DNA of 63,270 nt, counting the filler, from Olpidium bornovanus S191 (Eukaryota > Fungi > Olpidiomycota): NCBI GenBank assembly GCA_017911155.1. It is 28 parts of 28 records of this genome, joined end to end, with 100 filler letters (N's around TTAATTAATTAA, not from the genome) between each part and the next. Parts side by side here need not be neighbours in the genome. Positions count along the whole stretch, not along the records: positions 58,504 to 59,523 come from JAEFCI010011331.1; positions 59,624 to 61,779 come from JAEFCI010011470.1; positions 61,880 to 63,270 come from JAEFCI010004473.1; 25 more parts are not named here. The stretch is one strand, 5' to 3'. This document shows positions 58,504 to 63,270 of this stretch, one piece after another. The notes beneath the pieces are model-generated. The model saw only the letters and a program-made list of their open reading frames with translations, had not been told where the DNA came from and ran no database searches. How positions within the stretch are numbered: position 1 is the stretch's first letter; each line of letters opens with the position of its first letter. A program made the position numbers and the translations under genes.

Positions 58504-59090
58504 CATGAAAAATCAAACAAGTTCGAGAAAAATCACGCAAATCTTGTAAACAAATACAAACGAATCTCCCCAAAAAAAGAATCCAACAAATCCCGCAAAA
58601 GAAAAAACAAAAAATTCCGTAAGTCCAGGATAAAAAAATTTTTAGGATCCCGCGAAGAAAAGACAATTCCGCAAATTCCGCAAGAAAAAGGAGAAAACGA
58701 GAAAATAAATACCGCGGGTCCTTCAAAAAAAGGGAGAGTACCCCGCAAAAACATAGAGTTCGGGAAGGGGGGAAATCCCGCAAATTCCGGGAAAAAAATA
58801 AAGAATCCTGGAAATCCTGCAGAAAAGAAAGAGGAATTTCGCGAATTCCGTGAAAAAGGAGAATCGCCTGAATCCGACGATTCCGAATCCCGAGTAGTAC
58901 TTGGAAAGAAAGGAAAAACGGAAGGTTTCTGCTTTTGACCTTGCGTCAGCGCCTGGATCGGAATCTGCATCAGAATTTGGTCACAATCTACATTGGAATA
59001 TGTGTGGCATCTGAATCAAAATCTGCATTGATATAAGAATCTCCGTCAGAATCTCCATCAAACCCTGCATTAGAAAGTCCATCACAATAT
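58504..59090. repeat. Degenerate A-rich simple-repeat region (AATCC/AATTCCG/AGAATCT motifs)
   Basis: Strong plus-strand A skew with recurring AAATCCCGC/AATTCCGC and, further on, AGAATCT(G/C)CATC-like units. Composition is unlike the neighbouring contigs. Confidence 0.55.
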
Positions 59091-59624
59091 GATGTACTTC
59101 TTGAAAACGACTAATTAGTCGTCGTTGGTGTCCGGCTTGCGTTTTGGGGGAGGGACAACGCTGAAACTGCTGTTTCGACGACTAGATGCAGCACCTTGGG
59201 GGAAAACCGCCCGAATCCCGCCACCCACCTACAGGCGCCATCCGGCACAAGCGGCCCCCAACAACAGCTCTGCCCCGCGCCTTCGGCTGCCGGCTTCCTG
59301 TCACACTCCCGTTCCGGAGCTTTTTGTTTTCACTCGAGATTTCCCCGTTCGTCGACGAGAAAAATCCGCGCGGCACGCGCTCGCCATATGCAGGGCAAAA
59401 CCCGGGCAGGGCGCCCGCCGGTTGGCCAGAAATTTCAAACGCGGACGGTAAACGCGCTCAACGGCAGGATCCCCGCCGGTCTCATTTTTTTCAATTTTTT
59501 ATTCGCCGTGTCACGGCCGCATGNNNNNNNNNNNNNNNNNNNNNNNNNNNNNNNNNNNNNNNNNNNNTTAATTAATTAANNNNNNNNNNNNNNNNNNNNN
59601 NNNNNNNNNNNNNNNNNNNNNNNC

Positions 59625-59807
59625 ATGGCGGTGGTGTCGTTCGTGCTCGCCACGTGCGTTGTGCCCCTCCTGATCTTGGACGACAAGCGGCTCGCCGAGG
59701 CGAAGGCGTACTCTATCGGCTGGGAGCTTTCGGGCCGCGGCGGCGCTCTCGGCGTCATCTTCCGCCGATGGGTGGCCGTCGTCGCCGAGGCGTACCTCCC
59801 GTTGTGA
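59625..59807 (+). CDS. C-terminal fragment of a probable membrane protein
   Basis: Hydrophobic MAVVSFVLATCVVPLLILD...GVIFRRWVAVVAEAYLPL* with the host-like GC3-rich codon pattern. Family unknown. Confidence 0.3.
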   Translation: MAVVSFVLATCVVPLLILDDKRLAEAKAYSIGWELSGRGGALGVIFRRWVAVVAEAYLPL

Positions 59808-61883
59808 GGCGGCAAAGGAGGGGGAAGGGCTGGCGGGTGGGAGGGGGGGGATGGAAAGGTCGGCTGACCCATTTTTCCTTTCTGTTTCGGCCGGGTAAAT
59901 ACGGAGCTTTTTGCCTCCGCAACCACCCGGCGAACTTTTCGATATGCGAGTTTCTTTTTTTTTTCCTCGTTCTTTTTTTCCCCGTACAATTCACTTACTC
60001 TGGTTACACACCTTGTTTCCACGGGGGGCGCCTTGAACTCGTCTTCCTTGTTGGTTTGCTTTCCACACAGATACCCCCCCCCCCTCTCCCCCCCCCCCCC
60101 CCCCACCCCCCCCCCCCCCTTCCCCCCCCCCCCCTTTCGCTCATTCCCCCCATCCCCCCCCCCTTTTTTTTTTTTTTCTTCCTCCACTTCCCCCATGGTT
60201 CCCCCTCCCCGCCTCCGCTGTATCCGCGGTCTTCGCACCTCCCTGTACATAAACCACATGGCGAAACCTGCAGCGTGCCGCAGAGGCACGCCGAGCGAGA
60301 GAGAGCGGCCGCGACGAGCGGCCGAAAAAAAAGAAATAAAATAAAAAATAAAAATTTGGGAGGGCGGAGTCAATAGAAAGCCGAACGACGTCGCTCTTTT
60401 TTTTTTCCCTTTCTTTAACCTTTTCTTCCCGGATTTCCATACAAAACCGCGGTTCCTCCGAAGTGTCGTCATAATTCGGCCGGGGAAGTCACACACCAAT
60501 ATACCACCGCATCTGTTGCCCCTCCCAGGCTCCCTCGGCCCCGCTTCCCCCCCCCCCCCCCCGCCCGCTTCTCCTCCGCGGCGCGCGCGCCCAGGAAATT
60601 TCTTTTTTTTTTTCTTTTTTTTTTTTCTTTGTTTTTTTTTCTTTTTTTTTTTTCTTTCGCTCGTCGCGTCCGCCCTCGCTCGTTCGGCGCGCTCTGCGAC
60701 ATCCGAAAGTCAAGTATTGTAAGGGCCGGTCCGGTTTGAACCTTTTAAGACGAAAAAAAAAACAAAAAACAAAAGAGGAAAGGGAGGGGGGCCGCTCGCG
60801 CTCCGGGGTGTGCGGCGAAAGCAGTCTGAGCCGTTTGCGCAGGCGCCCGCCTATGTCGCACGGGCAATCTTTGCATTGTTATCAACGCGCCAGGCGGAGT
60901 CCCAAGTTTGGGGGGCGAATGCCGTCCCGCAGCCCTCGGGGCAAACGGCGCGCGGCGTTGGAGCCGATCCTTTTGCGCCCTCTTGATCAACGCCAGGCCG
61001 GCCCCTCCCGGGTGGCCCCCCTCCTAGAACTCTGACCAGCCGAGTGGTGGCTTTTGCGTCCGGGTTGCGGGTCCGTCATTTTGGTTCGTCTGGGGGGACA
61101 GCCTTGGGTGACTCCTTGTGAACTTGTTTTGCTAACACGACAGCATATTTTTAATGCAGCTCCCCGTGCCTTTGCGCCGGTGCTGTTCCCAGCTCTTTCT
61201 CCTCTGCGAGCATCATGCTTTGTCGGAGATTTTTTTTTTTTTTGGGAGGGGAAGGAAGAGAGGGGGGATTCGCCACCGCAAATCCTGGACTACTGGCAAA
61301 TCCTCGTCGTTTCCAAAGAAACGCCCGGAGCTTTTCGCAACTGGGTGATTAGGGTAGCCGGGATCGAGAGAGGAACAGATGGCACAAAATCGCGGTTGCC
61401 AGCGTTCCCCCCTTTCCTCCCCCCCTCCCCCCCACACCCTTCTCCCGAGACGACGGTACGGACCCCCGCGGAGAGTTTTGCCAGACTTCAGAAAGGGATT
61501 GCAAGGGCGTTTGGATGGGAGGGTGTTGTTAATTGCGAGGAGCGGGAGCAGGGACGGGTGCAGCGCAGCGGAGGAGAGAAACGTTCGCCCGGCCGCGACC
61601 GGGACGGAAACCTGTCATATCAAGGAGAGAAAGTAAGCGAAGCCGCTTTTTTTTTTTTTTTTTTTTTTTTTTCCCCCCCCCCCCCCCCCCCCCCTTTTTT
61701 TTTTTTTTTTCCCCCCACCTCCCCCCCCCCCCCCCCCCTTCCTCCCGCCCCCCCCCCCCCCCCCCCACCCCCGCCGCCGNNNNNNNNNNNNNNNNNNNNN
61801 NNNNNNNNNNNNNNNNNNNNNNNTTAATTAATTAANNNNNNNNNNNNNNNNNNNNNNNNNNNNNNNNNNNNNNNNNNNNCGGC

Positions 61884-63270
61884 ATGACCTCAATCCCCGC
61901 GATGATGACCGCGTTCCAGAATGAGTGGGACAGCATCATGCTCGAGACATATTCCCTCAAGGAGAAATATTCTCAGGTGCGGCAGGAGCTTAGCCATGCC
62001 CTGTACCAGTATGATGCCGCTTGCCACGTCATTGCCCGCCTTACCAAGGAGAGAGACGCCGCGAGGGAGTACGTAGGAGGCGACTGCTTTAGGCGGAAAT
62101 TGTCCGGTGTTCCGCTCTCGGACAAAGAAAAAGAATGTAATCAACGCCTGGCTGAATTTTGCAGAGCCCTGGCGAGCGTGCAGGCGCATGTTAGTACTGC
62201 TCCCGCCGCGAAGGAAGATGGGTCCACCGCAATGGAGGTGGACGTCGAACCCGGTCTTCCCGCGGATGTAGTTGCAAAGATCGATGAAACCCTCGTCAAG
62301 TTCGTTTCTCTTTCGTTTCCCGTTTGTCATACTTTCTTCGTCGAGTATGTCTACCTGGTCGTGCGCCGCTTGCGTCTGACACGCAGAACTTTGCTAGCCT
62401 GTCGCAGCAGCGCCGGAAGCGGAAAGCGCCAAAGGACTTGACGGCTCCCGAAGTCATTTCCAAGTTCACGGCTACCAAGATAATTCCGTCACTGCACTCC
62501 GCCTCGTCTCCAGGAATTACGACGATGGATTACGACCCAGAGAAGCGATTCGTCGTCACAGGCGGCGCAGACCGTGCGGTCGGCATCTGCAGCGCTGACG
62601 GCGAGAAGCTGGTTGCCACGCTGAAGGGCCACACGAAAAAGGTTCATCAGGTTATGTGGCACACGCAGGACAACGACGCAGGGCGGGCGGTGTTCAGCGC
62701 GTCGGCGGACAAGACTGTGCGCATGTGGACGGCCTCGGAATCCGGCGGGTACAGGGCCGCCCACATTTTCAAAGGCCACAAGGGCGACGTGACCGGCATC
62801 GGTCTCCACCCCTCTGGCGATTACCTCACCAGCGCGTCGCTGGACTCGACATGGTCCTTGCGCGACGTCGCCACGGGAAAGACGCTGGCCACGGCCGGCA
62901 AACCGGAGGACAATGGTGCGTACTTTTCATGTGTTTATCCGCGTACGTATTTTCGCCAAACATCAAAACCACGAGTTTATCTGACGGTTCGGGCCCGAAC
63001 GAAACCGAAATTCCCAGGTTACACCTGCTGCGCGGTGCACCCGGACGGCATGATCTTTTGCTCGGGCACGTCGTCGGACGTGGTGCAGATCTGGGATATC
63101 AAGACTCGCACAAATGCGGCGTCATTCGCTGGTCACAAAGGAATGGTTACCGCGGTGGCTTTCTCGGAGAACGGCTATCTGCTGGCCACGGCCTCCGCCG
63201 ACGAGCCGGTGGTGAAGCTGTGGGACCTGCGCAAGCTCAAGACGGTGCAGACTCTGGAGCTTGGTGGTTC
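61884..63270 (+). CDS. PRP19: Pre-mRNA splicing factor Prp19 (coiled coil + WD40; U-box missing upstream), truncated at both ends
   Basis: [86 protein letters not shown], and [25 protein letters not shown]. Confidence 0.97.

Noticed and set aside
62002-62030. PRP19 [10 protein letters not shown] (His where Arg is usual)
   Set aside because: A single substitution in an otherwise canonical gene; too weak to call without an alignment.
1-63270. Functional gene cluster or synteny (e.g. SAS-6 with WDR49, or SMC4 next to WDR49)
   Set aside because: The genes lie on separate contigs joined arbitrarily, so no clustering can be inferred.

Overview
This is not one continuous locus. It is 28 short (about 1-4.4 kb) eukaryotic genomic contigs joined by an artificial 100-nt linker (44 N + TTAATTAATTAA + 44 N, stops in all six frames), so adjacency across linkers carries no biological meaning. 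The DNA is GC-rich and intron-rich (GT-AG), full of homopolymer runs, and fungal-like. Recognisable, mostly truncated genes are tRNA pseudouridine synthase Pus3/Deg1, SPT3, MBF1, centriolar SAS-6, a divergent PP2C, S-formylglutathione hydrolase, UTP21, OST3/OST6, a C-terminal SH3 exon, an SMC4 exon, a WDR49/CFAP337-like WD40 protein, a BAG1-like co-chaperone, an Nrc-2/Fpk1-type kinase C-terminus, mitoribosomal mL54, IPK1, ELYS, VPS36, monothiol glutaredoxin Grx3/4 and PRP19. There is also a decayed Ty1/copia RT-RNaseH and several tandem repeats. Fungal-type genes together with centriole/cilium genes point to a zoosporic (flagellated) fungus (inference). No rRNA, tRNA or CRISPR array was seen. 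I found no multi-gene novel system, and the assembly could not show one. The most notable observations are protein-level oddities: an intronless 530-aa orphan with a putative C/C/C/H Zn module plus AT-hook, Vps36 with three NZF fingers, mL54 with 34-aa tandem repeats, SAS-6 with a Q-rich head insertion, an ELYS that keeps its beta-propeller, and Grx4 lacking the Trx-domain Cys. Contig ends are also strongly enriched for CATG. All family calls come from motif recognition by eye, not database searches.
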